A stretch of DNA of 64,000 bases from a virus. The DNA lies in the IMG/VR virus record IMGVR_UViG_3300050821_018642, positions 5,133-69,132 of that record; one strand, given 5' to 3'. The notes under the pieces are model-generated. The model saw nothing but the letters and a program-made list of their open reading frames with translations, ran no database searches and had not been told where the DNA came from. Of the stretch, positions 1-9,171 are shown piece after piece (positions within the stretch are counted from its first letter, which is position 1; every line of letters begins with the position of its first letter). Both the position numbers and the translations under genes were made by a program.

Positions 1-1
1 G

Positions 2-403
2 AGCACGGATATCACGAACGTCAATCTTGCCGGACCTAGCACCGCCGACGCGCCGTCGTTAACCGACAACTCTGCCGCTGTGGTAACGTCGGCCTGGGTG
101 AAGTCGCTACTGGCCACCGTCAGCTTTCCCGGTACCATCAGCGGAAACGGTTACGTGATACTTCCGAACGGGCTGATCATACAATGGGGCGTGGCCGCTG
201 GTGCGGGCGGCACTGGCACTCCCGTCAGCTTCCCATTGACGTTTCCCAGTGCGGCGTTCACGGTGGTAGTTTCGGCACTACAGAATAGCGGCGGATCGTC
301 ATCGATTTTCAGCTCGGCAGCCGGATTGTCGCAATCCGGATTCCACATGATAACGGTTGGCACGCCAGTACAGCAATCCGGATGGATTGCGATCGGCTAC
401 TAA
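2..403 (+). CDS. tail fibre protein, C-terminal part (5' end lies outside window)
   Basis: Frame is open from the window edge; Gly/Ser/Thr-rich; C-terminal motif GYVILPNGLIIQWG recalls phage tail-fibre C-terminal domains. Confidence 0.55.
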   Translation, partial: STDITNVNLAGPSTADAPSLTDNSAAVVTSAWVKSLLATVSFPGTISGNGYVILPNGLIIQWGVAAGAGGTGTPVSFPLTFPSAAFTVVVSALQNSGGSSSIFSSAAGLSQSGFHMITVGTPVQQSGWIAIGY

Positions 404-404
404 C

Positions 405-995
405 ATGCTGGATATGAGCAGCGTCGTAGCCGACGCCGAACTGGAGGCTCCAAAGCCGTTCTTGATACTAAGGTCCGCCGGGCAGTGGACGCAGAATGGC
501 TTTGCGGCGTCGAACACCGTCACCATCCAACAAGTGGGTCCCGTGCAGCGTGCCGGGGACAAGGAACTTGAGGAGATACCGCAGGCCGACCGGGTGCACG
601 CCATCATGGCGTTCTGGTGCTTGATACCGATATACATCACGCGCGGCAAGGCTCCTACCACCGCCGCGCAAGGCGTAACACCAGAGGGCGCGTATCCCGG
701 CACCGTGTACACCGTCGATCCGGCTCCGCCGCCCGGTACGCAAGGCAGTCTGTACAAGAATGGAATATTCCAGACCCTCGGAATCGACTACCAGTATTCC
801 AGCGGCGTCGTAACTATGCTATACACCACCTCGGAAACGGATCGTCTTTACTACACCTGGACCAACAACACGGCCGGATCGGCTTTCAGTGACATCATGC
901 AGTACGACTCAGAACAGTACCGCGTGCTGGCCGTGAAACATTATCCAGGTTCTGGGTTCTACAAGGCGCTGGGTACGAGGTTGTCGACGATATGA
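405..995 (+). CDS. virion fibre-associated protein (hypothetical)
   Basis: ATG 2 nt after upstream stop; motif PGTVYTV...LYKNGIFQTLGIDYQYSSG also found in ORF 11805..12212. Confidence 0.4.
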   Translation: MLDMSSVVADAELEAPKPFLILRSAGQWTQNGFAASNTVTIQQVGPVQRAGDKELEEIPQADRVHAIMAFWCLIPIYITRGKAPTTAAQGVTPEGAYPGTVYTVDPAPPPGTQGSLYKNGIFQTLGIDYQYSSGVVTMLYTTSETDRLYYTWTNNTAGSAFSDIMQYDSEQYRVLAVKHYPGSGFYKALGTRLSTI

Positions 996-1639
996 GCTCC
1001 CCCACCGCGATTCTATACCCCAACGGTCAGCAATTGCTCAGCAGCGCGCTGACACCGAAAACGATAAACTCCTTCATACTTCAACTCACTTGCGGGATGC
1101 TCGGGATAAACCCGCCCGATTACTCACAGGTGCGCGACAGTTGGCAGACGCAAGGACAGCCGTTCGCGGACGTTGGCACGGACGTGTGCTTCGTGGCGTG
1201 CGTGCCTGAAAACGTGGACTACAGGTTGGTGCGCAATCGCACTTACACAACCGTTCCTGCGCAACCTGGCGTCGAAGAGCAGGTCCAGGAGAACTGGACT
1301 TATACGAAGGGTTGGCGCGTGGATTGGGTATTGTACGGTCCCAACGCCGAGGATCGCGCGCGCATGCTTAAGACCGCGCTGTTCTTGGATTGGGTGAACG
1401 ACGAGCTCAACAACACCAACCTATTCCCGTTGCCGGACACGCCAGAGGTCACGCGCATACCAGAGTTAGTCAACGCTCAATGGTTCGAACGGGCTGACTT
1501 TCACTGCGTCATGTACGAGAATGTCACGGAAACCATCATGGATGGTACCGTACAAAGTGTGGAAATCAAGTTGTTCGATGCTTCGCCAGACGACCCGGTG
1601 GCGGACTTCACCGTGGTCAATCCAACACCAAACGTCTAA
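992..1639 (+). CDS. hypothetical virion protein (neck/tail-completion candidate)
   Basis: ATGA start/stop overlap with upstream gene; sits immediately before the sheath gene. Confidence 0.4.
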   Translation: MSSPTAILYPNGQQLLSSALTPKTINSFILQLTCGMLGINPPDYSQVRDSWQTQGQPFADVGTDVCFVACVPENVDYRLVRNRTYTTVPAQPGVEEQVQENWTYTKGWRVDWVLYGPNAEDRARMLKTALFLDWVNDELNNTNLFPLPDTPEVTRIPELVNAQWFERADFHCVMYENVTETIMDGTVQSVEIKLFDASPDDPVADFTVVNPTPNV

Positions 1640-1651
1640 GGAGTAACCTTC

Positions 1652-3055
1652 ATGTCAACAGTGCCTCCTCTTTCGCTTTCGGACCTCGTAGACATTTCGG
1701 TTACGATAGCTCCGGCGGCTGCTAGTGCCAACCCATTTAACCAGGGATTGTTCGTGGGTCCTTCAGCGGTAATTCCGTCGTACGGCGCGAACAGCCGCCT
1801 GCGCCAGTACACCAGCCTGTTGGGCATACTGGCCGACGGATACACCACCAGCGATCCCGAGTACATCGCTGCGGAGATATACTTCAGCCAGACTCCGGTG
1901 GCGCAGTATCTTTGGCTTGGCCGGCAAGATCTCACCGCCGTATCCACGTTCGTAATAGACGTACCGGGCACCGGCTGGGCCGTCGGCGACGAATTCACGG
2001 TAACGCAAGGCGGAGCCAGCAACATCGTCGGCAGGATCACGGCGGCTGCGGCCGGAGTTCCCAGCGCCATAGCGTTGGTACAGCAGGGTACGGGCGCGGC
2101 TATCGCTGCCGGTTTGCCGACCGTAGCGATCAGCCCATCCGCCGGTACTGGCCTGACCGTTAGCATAACGGCTCTCGGTGAAAGCCTGCTGCAAGCCACC
2201 GTGGCCTGTCGCGCTGCCAGTTCGTTGTGGTACGGAGTGGCCGTCAACAATCCCGCCGATGCGGACAACCTGGCCTTGGCGGAGTGGGCCGACGCCAATT
2301 GGCAGACTTCACGCTACTACGTTTGGTCAGCCGATCCAGGCATCCCGGCTGGCACCACCGGAAATCTCGCGTTGCAGTTGCAGGCGCTGCAACTGCGCGT
2401 GTTCGGCATCTACTCCACCACGCAGGGCGGATTGTATCCGGACAATATCTACGCAGCCGCTGGCGTGATGGGCGTGGATATGGGCTTCAACACCGGGCTG
2501 GCCAACAGCTTCTTCTTCCTTGGTCACAAGCAGATAGCCAACATCGCCGATGAGCCGCTTACGCAGACGCAGTATACCAACATCAAGAACGCCGGATTCA
2601 ATGCGTACTGCAACTTCTCGCCGTACGAGTTGTTAGAGCCTGGAGTCATGTCCAACGGAGCGCCAAGCTTCCTGTGGATGTTCCTGGCTATGTTGGTGAA
2701 CAACCTGCAGATCAACGAGATCAACGTGCTGCAGTCGTTCCCCGCCGTGCCGCAGACCAACGCGGGCGAGCAGCTGCTGATCAACGCGGCCAACGTGGCT
2801 TGCGCCTACCTGGCCAGCATCGGATTCATTTCCGGAGCCGTATGGGAGGGCCTGGCCATCCCGGTTCCTTCTGCCAGCAATCCAGCGTTGGTACCCGGCG
2901 AGGCGTTGCCACTCGGTTATCTTTGTGTGGCTCCGCCTTACGCGCAGCAATCACCCGGCGACAGGGCGGCTGGCAAGGCCATGCCAATCTACGTAATGAT
3001 CACAACGGCTGGCGCGGTGCAGAGCCTCGTCATCGCGGTTTACACGCAACTCTAA
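1652..3055 (+). CDS. tail sheath protein (DUF3383-like)
   Basis: 467-aa ORF with RBS AAGGAG before ATG; directly followed by a tube-like gene; family assigned from remembered sequence features. Confidence 0.5.
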   Translation: MSTVPPLSLSDLVDISVTIAPAAASANPFNQGLFVGPSAVIPSYGANSRLRQYTSLLGILADGYTTSDPEYIAAEIYFSQTPVAQYLWLGRQDLTAVSTFVIDVPGTGWAVGDEFTVTQGGASNIVGRITAAAAGVPSAIALVQQGTGAAIAAGLPTVAISPSAGTGLTVSITALGESLLQATVACRAASSLWYGVAVNNPADADNLALAEWADANWQTSRYYVWSADPGIPAGTTGNLALQLQALQLRVFGIYSTTQGGLYPDNIYAAAGVMGVDMGFNTGLANSFFFLGHKQIANIADEPLTQTQYTNIKNAGFNAYCNFSPYELLEPGVMSNGAPSFLWMFLAMLVNNLQINEINVLQSFPAVPQTNAGEQLLINAANVACAYLASIGFISGAVWEGLAIPVPSASNPALVPGEALPLGYLCVAPPYAQQSPGDRAAGKAMPIYVMITTAGAVQSLVIAVYTQL

Positions 3056-3068
3056 GGAGCGATGCAAA

Positions 3069-3524
3069 ATGGGCTTGGGAGTAACGTATTCGTTTAAGGA
3101 CCTTGTGGGTGCGCTCACCAACGCCGTGTTTGGTGTGTCGTTCCCGTTGAGTGGCGGCAACGTAGGTTTCGGTGCCATGACCATAACGATGTCCACAGAG
3201 CGCACCACGCACGACGTAGCCGCCGACGGCACGGTGATGCTGAGCTACATTGCCGGCGACAATGGAGACGTGGCCATCGAAGTCCAACAGACGTCTCCAC
3301 TACACCACGCACTGTTGTCTCTGTACAATCAGTGCGTGACAGCGGCCAACAACGACGACGTGAGCGGGTGGGGCAGCACTTCCATTTCGTTCAGGACGTT
3401 GCTGGACGGCAGTACGCACCTGGCCACCGGAGTCAGCTTCGGCAAGATCCCGGATAAGCCGTACCAAGCGCAGGGACAGAAGATTACCTGGCGCTTGATG
3501 GCGGCCAATATTATTAACCAGTAA
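3069..3524 (+). CDS. tail tube protein (DUF3277-like)
   Basis: 151 aa; position between sheath and chaperone genes; family assigned from memory. Confidence 0.45.
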   Translation: MGLGVTYSFKDLVGALTNAVFGVSFPLSGGNVGFGAMTITMSTERTTHDVAADGTVMLSYIAGDNGDVAIEVQQTSPLHHALLSLYNQCVTAANNDDVSGWGSTSISFRTLLDGSTHLATGVSFGKIPDKPYQAQGQKITWRLMAANIINQ

Positions 3525-3564
3525 CCGCGAGCGTTTTTCAGGCGCTGCAAGGAGCGCACTACAA

Positions 3565-4032
3565 ATGGCAAACAAGACCAAGAACATCCCGCTTGGCGGG
3601 CACACGTACAGGCTGCGTAAGTTGGGCGTGGACGAGGGCAGTCACATCTTCATGCGCATGATGGGCGCGATCATTGAGGCGCGCAGTAAGCTCGCCCATC
3701 AATCCACCGACGAACCTACCGAGGAAGAAAGCAAGAAGCTGACCGACGAAGAGCGGGCTAAGGTGTTGGTCGGCCTGTCCTTCATGAATGGATTCAGCTT
3801 CGAAGACGCCAAGTTCGCGCGGCACCAGGCCCTGTTGGCGGTGGACCGCGTGGAGACGCTGGCGACCGGAGAAGTTTGCATCCAAATCATGCTGACCGAC
3901 GGTAGGTGGTCGCCAACGCCGGATGGATGGCCGGACCTGGAGGAGGACGCTGCCACCAGGCAGGAATTGGTGGTGGAGGCGTTGACGTTCAGCATCGCGC
4001 CTTTTTTCTCCAAAGCTGGCGCGAAGAGCTGA
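3565..4032 (+). CDS. tail assembly chaperone (gpG-like)
   Basis: RBS AAGGAG; acidic 155-aa protein just upstream of the tape-measure gene; ends a few codons after the slippery site. Confidence 0.55.
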   Translation: MANKTKNIPLGGHTYRLRKLGVDEGSHIFMRMMGAIIEARSKLAHQSTDEPTEEESKKLTDEERAKVLVGLSFMNGFSFEDAKFARHQALLAVDRVETLATGEVCIQIMLTDGRWSPTPDGWPDLEEDAATRQELVVEALTFSIAPFFSKAGAKS

Positions 4033-4244
4033 CGTCGGACGATTCGCCCAGCTACGAACCGATGGCGTTTCCGACGCTCAATCCGCTGCTTTGGCGACCG
4101 GTGGGGGCAAATCTGTGGCGTCAGCATGAGCTGTACGACGGTACTTATGACATGGGCGACCTCGCCGATGTGCTGGAGTACCTGGACGTGAAGGAAGAAA
4201 ACGAACGACGATACGCGCGATGGATGCGCGATCAGAATGGATGA
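3565..4244 (+). CDS. tail assembly chaperone, -1 frameshift fusion product (gpGT-like)
   Basis: Overlapping -1 frame is open from the slippery heptamer T_TTT_TTC (4002-4008) to the stop at 4244, 6 nt before the TMP start. Confidence 0.45.
4002..4008 (+). promoter_or_regulatory. -1 programmed ribosomal frameshift slippery heptamer TTTTTTC
   Basis: X_XXY_YYZ heptamer in the zero frame of 3565..4032, placed at the conserved chaperone-to-TMP position. Confidence 0.5.
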
Positions 4245-4250
4245 CGCTGG

Positions 4251-5819
4251 ATGCCAAACTTCTTGGATGAATACCTTGTAAAACTGGGCACCAGCGTCGA
4301 CCAGGCCGGATTCGCGCGGTTCCATCAAGCATTGCGCGAGGCTTCCAGCGCTGTGGACGCGAACGCCATCAACATGGCGAAGTCGTTGTTCAAGGCGCAG
4401 AACGAGATAGTGGCCGGTTTTGCCGCCATAGGTGGTGCCGCGCTGGGCCTCGTCGACAAAGTGGCTATGGCGGACCAAGAGTACCGCCTGTTCGCTCTGC
4501 ATATGTATATGTCCAAGGATGCCGCGCGCGGACTGAAGATCGCCATGGACGCGCTCGGACAGCCGCTCGAGAACCTCGCTTGGGACCCGGAGCTGCGCGG
4601 TCGTACGTCCAAGCTGCTGCAAGACCAACGCGCGATGGCCCCGCAAGGCGACTTCGACGAGCAGATGCGCAAGATACGGGACGTGCGCTTCGAGTTCACG
4701 CGCATGGAAGTCGAGATACAGTATCTCGGTCTGCACGTGGTACAGGACTTCATGAAAGCGCTGGGAATGGGCTCGGACGATTTGTTGCGCAAGCTGCGCG
4801 AGTTCAACGACTGGGTTACGCATCACCTTCCGCAGATATCGCAGTGGGTGGTGAACAACTTCATGCCGGTTTGGCAGGACATCAAGATGATACTAGGCGA
4901 CGTCGTGAGCATCACGCGCGACCTCGCCACGTTGTTTGACAATATCATCGGATTGATCAGCGGGGATTCCACGCTCACGGGAGTGGCCAACTTCGACAAG
5001 TTCGCGCGCTCCGTGGGCAAGGTGGTGCATTGGTTGGCGCTGGCCGCGCATTTCCTTTTGCAGATAGAAGGAACGTTGATGGGCGTGATAGGTGGAGGCG
5101 CGACGGGCGGAACCGTCGGATCCATCATCGGCGGCATCATGGGCATACCGGGCGGTCCTGCCGGCATTGCCGGCGGAATCCTGGCCGGTGGTGCTACAGG
5201 CACGGCCATCGGGGCAGCCGCCGGAGGCGCAGGTGGAGCCGCGTTCGATTTGATGCGCCACCTTGGCGTAGGTCCGTTCGGTAGCGGTAACTCATCGAAC
5301 GGCGATAATTCGTCGTACGCGCAGATAGCATCCGGCTCGCCTTTGATACAAGCAATGATGGCGCAGGAAAGCGGCGGTCGTCAGAGCGCTGTGTCTAGTA
5401 AGGGTGCCATCGGTTTGATGCAGCTTATACCCGGCACCGCTAGATCTCTAGGCGTAGATCCCAACGACCCGGCACAAAATTTGGCTGGCGGCGTACGCTA
5501 CATGGACATGCTGTTGAAGCAGTACAATAGCGTGCCATTGGCTTTGGCCGCGTACAACGCCGGTCCTGGTAGGATCGATGCGGTACTGGCCGGCAAGGCA
5601 TCATTGCCTGCCGAGACGCAGAATTACGTACGTAGCATCATGGGTAAGATGGGCGCTAAGGGTGATATACAGATAGGCACCGTCACGATACATATCACAC
5701 AGCCCAACGCCAGCCCGCGTCAGATACAAGAGGCAGTCACCAACGGCGTAGTCAACGCGAGGGAGAAGCAGATGCAGCGCAATCTGGCCGAGTTTGCCGA
5801 CCTGAGTCCGAGCTACTGA
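4251..5819 (+). CDS. tape measure protein with C-terminal lytic transglycosylase (SLT) domain
   Basis: Follows the frameshifted chaperones; Gly-zipper segment GGGATGGTVGSIIGGIMGIPGG; SLT signature AQESGGRQ...GLMQL...AYNAGPGR. Confidence 0.65.
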   Translation: MPNFLDEYLVKLGTSVDQAGFARFHQALREASSAVDANAINMAKSLFKAQNEIVAGFAAIGGAALGLVDKVAMADQEYRLFALHMYMSKDAARGLKIAMDALGQPLENLAWDPELRGRTSKLLQDQRAMAPQGDFDEQMRKIRDVRFEFTRMEVEIQYLGLHVVQDFMKALGMGSDDLLRKLREFNDWVTHHLPQISQWVVNNFMPVWQDIKMILGDVVSITRDLATLFDNIIGLISGDSTLTGVANFDKFARSVGKVVHWLALAAHFLLQIEGTLMGVIGGGATGGTVGSIIGGIMGIPGGPAGIAGGILAGGATGTAIGAAAGGAGGAAFDLMRHLGVGPFGSGNSSNGDNSSYAQIASGSPLIQAMMAQESGGRQSAVSSKGAIGLMQLIPGTARSLGVDPNDPAQNLAGGVRYMDMLLKQYNSVPLALAAYNAGPGRIDAVLAGKASLPAETQNYVRSIMGKMGAKGDIQIGTVTIHITQPNASPRQIQEAVTNGVVNAREKQMQRNLAEFADLSPSY

Positions 5820-5821
5820 TT

Positions 5822-6649
5822 ATGAGCTCGCTAAGTTGGCGTCCGCCGCAGTGGTCCAACGGTCCGGCGATGGTTTCCATCACCGTTCCCAGCCCTCCCA
5901 ATTCCAACAGCACGCAATCGCTACAGCCCGACCCCACGGTGCCGGGCGGCTACGTGCTGCAACAACAAGCCACCGGACCTACCACGTACGTGTTTGATGC
6001 GATACTGGACCTGGAGCATGAGCAGCGTTTGGAAAAGACGCACCACCCAGTACAGACCGGAGCGGACCTCAGCAGCCACGCCTACCTGATGCCGGCACGC
6101 GTCACGATGTACATCGGCATGTCGGACGCCATGGACGCCTATTCCAGCGGCAGCGACCCGACGCAGCCTCCGTACATCACGCCGTTCACTGGAAATCCTA
6201 GCAAGAGCGTGTCCGCGTACCAACAGATGATATCGCTACAGTCCGCCCGTGTGCCGCTGACTGTTACCACCAGGTTGCGCACCTACACCAACATGATCGT
6301 GACGTCCGTCGGACCGCGCGAGGATTACAAGACCATAACCGGGCTGCGCATGCGTGTGGAGTTCGAGCAGATATTCACCGCCAGCATAGCATCGGTGCCT
6401 AACAGCGCGCGCAACAACGATACGGCCAGCACCGGACTGGGAGCCGTGAACGCCCAGACGCCCGATCCAACCACCGTAGGCCAGTTCAACGTCAACAACG
6501 CGGCCGACAGTGCCGCCGCAAACGCGGTGCCGTTGAGTAGCCTGTTGGGCTGGGTCAGTACCAATCCTTCTGGCGTGGATGTGCCCGGAGCTGGCGATTA
6601 CAGCAGTAGCAATATCAACAATCTTCAACAATTACCATCGCCACTCTAA
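5822..6649 (+). CDS. baseplate-associated tail protein (hypothetical)
   Basis: ATG 3 nt after TMP stop; position between TMP and hub. Confidence 0.35.
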   Translation: MSSLSWRPPQWSNGPAMVSITVPSPPNSNSTQSLQPDPTVPGGYVLQQQATGPTTYVFDAILDLEHEQRLEKTHHPVQTGADLSSHAYLMPARVTMYIGMSDAMDAYSSGSDPTQPPYITPFTGNPSKSVSAYQQMISLQSARVPLTVTTRLRTYTNMIVTSVGPREDYKTITGLRMRVEFEQIFTASIASVPNSARNNDTASTGLGAVNAQTPDPTTVGQFNVNNAADSAAANAVPLSSLLGWVSTNPSGVDVPGAGDYSSSNINNLQQLPSPL

Positions 6650-6660
6650 AGGCGGCTTAC

Positions 6661-7026
6661 GTGGATCAAACGATACCGCTTACGACGGCTCCGAATCAAT
6701 CGTTCTCAGTGCAGTTGAGCGTCAACAGCAGTCCGCTTACATTGCAGATTACGCTCGGCTACTCTGAAATGGCCGGTTACTGGCAGATGTCCATCAGCGA
6801 CGTGAACGGCAACCTGTTGGTGGCCAGCGTGCCCTTGATAACGGGCTGGTATCCGGCGGCAAACATACTCGGTCAGTACGAATACCTGCAAATCGGCAGC
6901 GCCTATCTGTTGAACACCGGCAATTCCAATACCGACTATCCCGGTCCCAACAACCTGGATCAGTTCTCGTTGCTTTGGGGAGACAACAGCACGTACGTAA
7001 CGCCGACGCACGCGGTGGCCTTGTGA
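6661..7026 (+). CDS. hypothetical small baseplate/tail protein
   Basis: GTG start; 121 aa; in the baseplate block. Confidence 0.3.
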   Translation: MDQTIPLTTAPNQSFSVQLSVNSSPLTLQITLGYSEMAGYWQMSISDVNGNLLVASVPLITGWYPAANILGQYEYLQIGSAYLLNTGNSNTDYPGPNNLDQFSLLWGDNSTYVTPTHAVAL

Positions 7027-8084
7027 GCTCGACTACCAGTAGTATGCCTCTTTGGGGGCAGGCTTGGGAATTGACAGTTACGTACGCCACCGAATCTGGC
7101 GATCCAGACGTACAGACCATAGGATCTAGCGATTGGGAACCGGAGTCGCTACGCATTACGTTCGACGTGTTGCAGGCTATGAACACGGACCCGTTTTGGT
7201 ACGCCGATATCAGCATCTACAATATGAACGACCAGGCCGTCCAAAACACGCTTCTTAACGCCACGTGGGCCACGCTCAAGGCCGGTTTCCAGGTAGGCTC
7301 CAATCTTTACACAACCATCTGGGACGGTCCGGTGTTTCAGTCGTTGTTCACGCGTGAGAACGTGGTGGATCAAAAGGTTACGCTGCACTGCGTGGCGAAT
7401 CCATTGATCATGAGCAGCATAGTCAACTTCAACATCGGACCGGCTTCGCAGGCCCAGCTGGCGGCGAGGTTGGCTAGCGAGGTATCGCTTCCGCCGTTGA
7501 CGCCAGGACAAGGAACCATGAGCCAGCTGGCGTACGATCGAATGTCCGCCAAGCAATATCCGCGCGGTCGCACCGTATACGGCAAAGTCGGCAGGTACAT
7601 CGCGCAATTGGCGGACGACAACTTCATGCAGTCTTGGCGCGACGGCCAGCAGGTGTACGTCAGCGAAGTAAGCAAGAGCGATACCACGCCCGATCTAATT
7701 TACAGCCCACCAATTCCGCCCGGTTACACGGCCCAGCAGCTGGGATTGCCTAACAACACCACCACCAGCATCATCGGTACGCCGCGTCAAATCCAGCAAG
7801 GCGTGATATTCACGGTGCTGCTGGATCCAAGACTGGTAGTCAAGCTGCCTCCGTTGGTGGTGCAGTTGACGCGCACTCAGGTGGCCCTGCTGCAGCGCAC
7901 GCCCAGTATCAACGACTCGCTGCCTACGGTGTTGGACGCCAACTTGAAGTTCTTCGTGGCGCAGGTGCGCCACACGGGCGATACGCGCGGCAATGATTGG
8001 CAAACGGAGATAACCGGCTACAGCACCACTTACGCCGACAATTTGTTGAACGGCATCTTCGCGCCGAATTCCTTGGGAGGATGA
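7023..8084 (+). CDS. baseplate hub-like protein (gp27/gpD-like candidate)
   Basis: GTGA start/stop overlap at 7023-7026; about 354 aa immediately upstream of the spike gene. Confidence 0.35.
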   Translation: MSSTTSSMPLWGQAWELTVTYATESGDPDVQTIGSSDWEPESLRITFDVLQAMNTDPFWYADISIYNMNDQAVQNTLLNATWATLKAGFQVGSNLYTTIWDGPVFQSLFTRENVVDQKVTLHCVANPLIMSSIVNFNIGPASQAQLAARLASEVSLPPLTPGQGTMSQLAYDRMSAKQYPRGRTVYGKVGRYIAQLADDNFMQSWRDGQQVYVSEVSKSDTTPDLIYSPPIPPGYTAQQLGLPNNTTTSIIGTPRQIQQGVIFTVLLDPRLVVKLPPLVVQLTRTQVALLQRTPSINDSLPTVLDANLKFFVAQVRHTGDTRGNDWQTEITGYSTTYADNLLNGIFAPNSLGG

Positions 8085-8085
8085 A

Positions 8086-8772
8086 ATGTCCACCACGTCC
8101 ACGGCGCAGGCCCAACTTACGGCGTCGCAGGTAAACAGATCAGAATCGGCGCAATGGCGAGACATCATCAGGCGCGCGCTGGCCGACACGCGCGTATCCA
8201 TTCCGGCCTATCTAGCCGAGGACATGGACGCCGCCACGCAGACCGTCACGGTTCAAATAGCGATACAGGAGAAGTCGCGCACGCTCACCGGTCCGCAGTG
8301 GACCAGTATCAAGCCCATCTACTACGTGCCAATACTGGTGCCGCGCGGAGGCGGATCCAGCATCACTTTGCCGTTGAAGCAAGGCGACGAAGGGCTACTG
8401 ATATTTTGCGATTGCTGCTTCGATATTTGGTGGCAGAACGGCAGCGGTGGCGGACCGGTTCAGCAGATAGGAAATCACAGCCATGAGGAGGGCGATTGCG
8501 GGTTCTTCCCCGGCATGTGGAGCCAAAAGAACCTGCTTTCCAACTACTCCACCGATTCGTTGCAAGTGCGCATGGACGATGGATCGGCCATTGTGGACGT
8601 ATCCTCTGGCTCCGTGAAGGTGCAGAACAACGGAGGCACGCCGCTGGCGTTGATGAACGACACGTTCTACCAATGGTACGTGGCGCACATACAGCCATTC
8701 TTGGTGTCGCTAGGCTATAGCGGTCCGCCTGTACCGGCAGGCTCTGAAACAACGATCTTGAAAGGTCAGTAG
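8086..8772 (+). CDS. baseplate central spike protein (gp138 N-terminal / gpV-like)
   Basis: Motifs IPAYL...VTVQIAIQE...IYYVPILVP..GG...LKQGDEGLLIFCD match the spike N-terminal OB-domain family (from memory). Confidence 0.5.
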   Translation: MSTTSTAQAQLTASQVNRSESAQWRDIIRRALADTRVSIPAYLAEDMDAATQTVTVQIAIQEKSRTLTGPQWTSIKPIYYVPILVPRGGGSSITLPLKQGDEGLLIFCDCCFDIWWQNGSGGGPVQQIGNHSHEEGDCGFFPGMWSQKNLLSNYSTDSLQVRMDDGSAIVDVSSGSVKVQNNGGTPLALMNDTFYQWYVAHIQPFLVSLGYSGPPVPAGSETTILKGQ

Positions 8773-8775
8773 ACG

Positions 8776-9168
8776 ATGGCCACAGCGCCTCTAATCACAT
8801 ACCTATTGCTCGATGCCCAGTACGACCCGGTATTCGATCCCAGCAATTCACTCATAGACGCGCAGGCCGTGCAGCAGGCCATACTAACACGCCTGCGATT
8901 GTTCTTGGGCGAGTGGTGGGAGAACATGAACCTCGGCCTTCCCGTGTTCCAATCCATACTAGGACAGTTGGGCAGCGCGCGGTTCCAGGCCGCTACAAAC
9001 CTGGCCATACAACAGCAAATAGAAGGCGTGCCGTACGTGGCTTCTGTCACGTCCATTTCATCGTCGTTCGACGACGGACGATTTTCTTTTTCGGCCACCG
9101 TGCAGACTTCATTCGGCCCGGTAGCCATCACCAATCTACCGGCCAATTCCGCCAGTCTGGATACCTAA
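8776..9168 (+). CDS. baseplate wedge protein gpW/gp25-like
   Basis: 130 aa; RLRLFLGEWWENMNLGLP motif typical of GPW_gp25. Confidence 0.6.
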   Translation: MATAPLITYLLLDAQYDPVFDPSNSLIDAQAVQQAILTRLRLFLGEWWENMNLGLPVFQSILGQLGSARFQAATNLAIQQQIEGVPYVASVTSISSSFDDGRFSFSATVQTSFGPVAITNLPANSASLDT

Positions 9169-9171
9169 GTT

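Noticed and set aside
1636-2298. Long antisense or alternate-frame ORFs overlapping sheath, TMP, fibre and giant genes (e.g. 1636..2298 -, 3699..4826 -, 12243..13166 +, 17445..18722 +, 18163..19536 -)
   Set aside because: Arg/Pro/Gly-rich translations typical of off-frame reading in high-GC DNA. They have no RBS and no domain features, and the sense-frame genes have clear homology.
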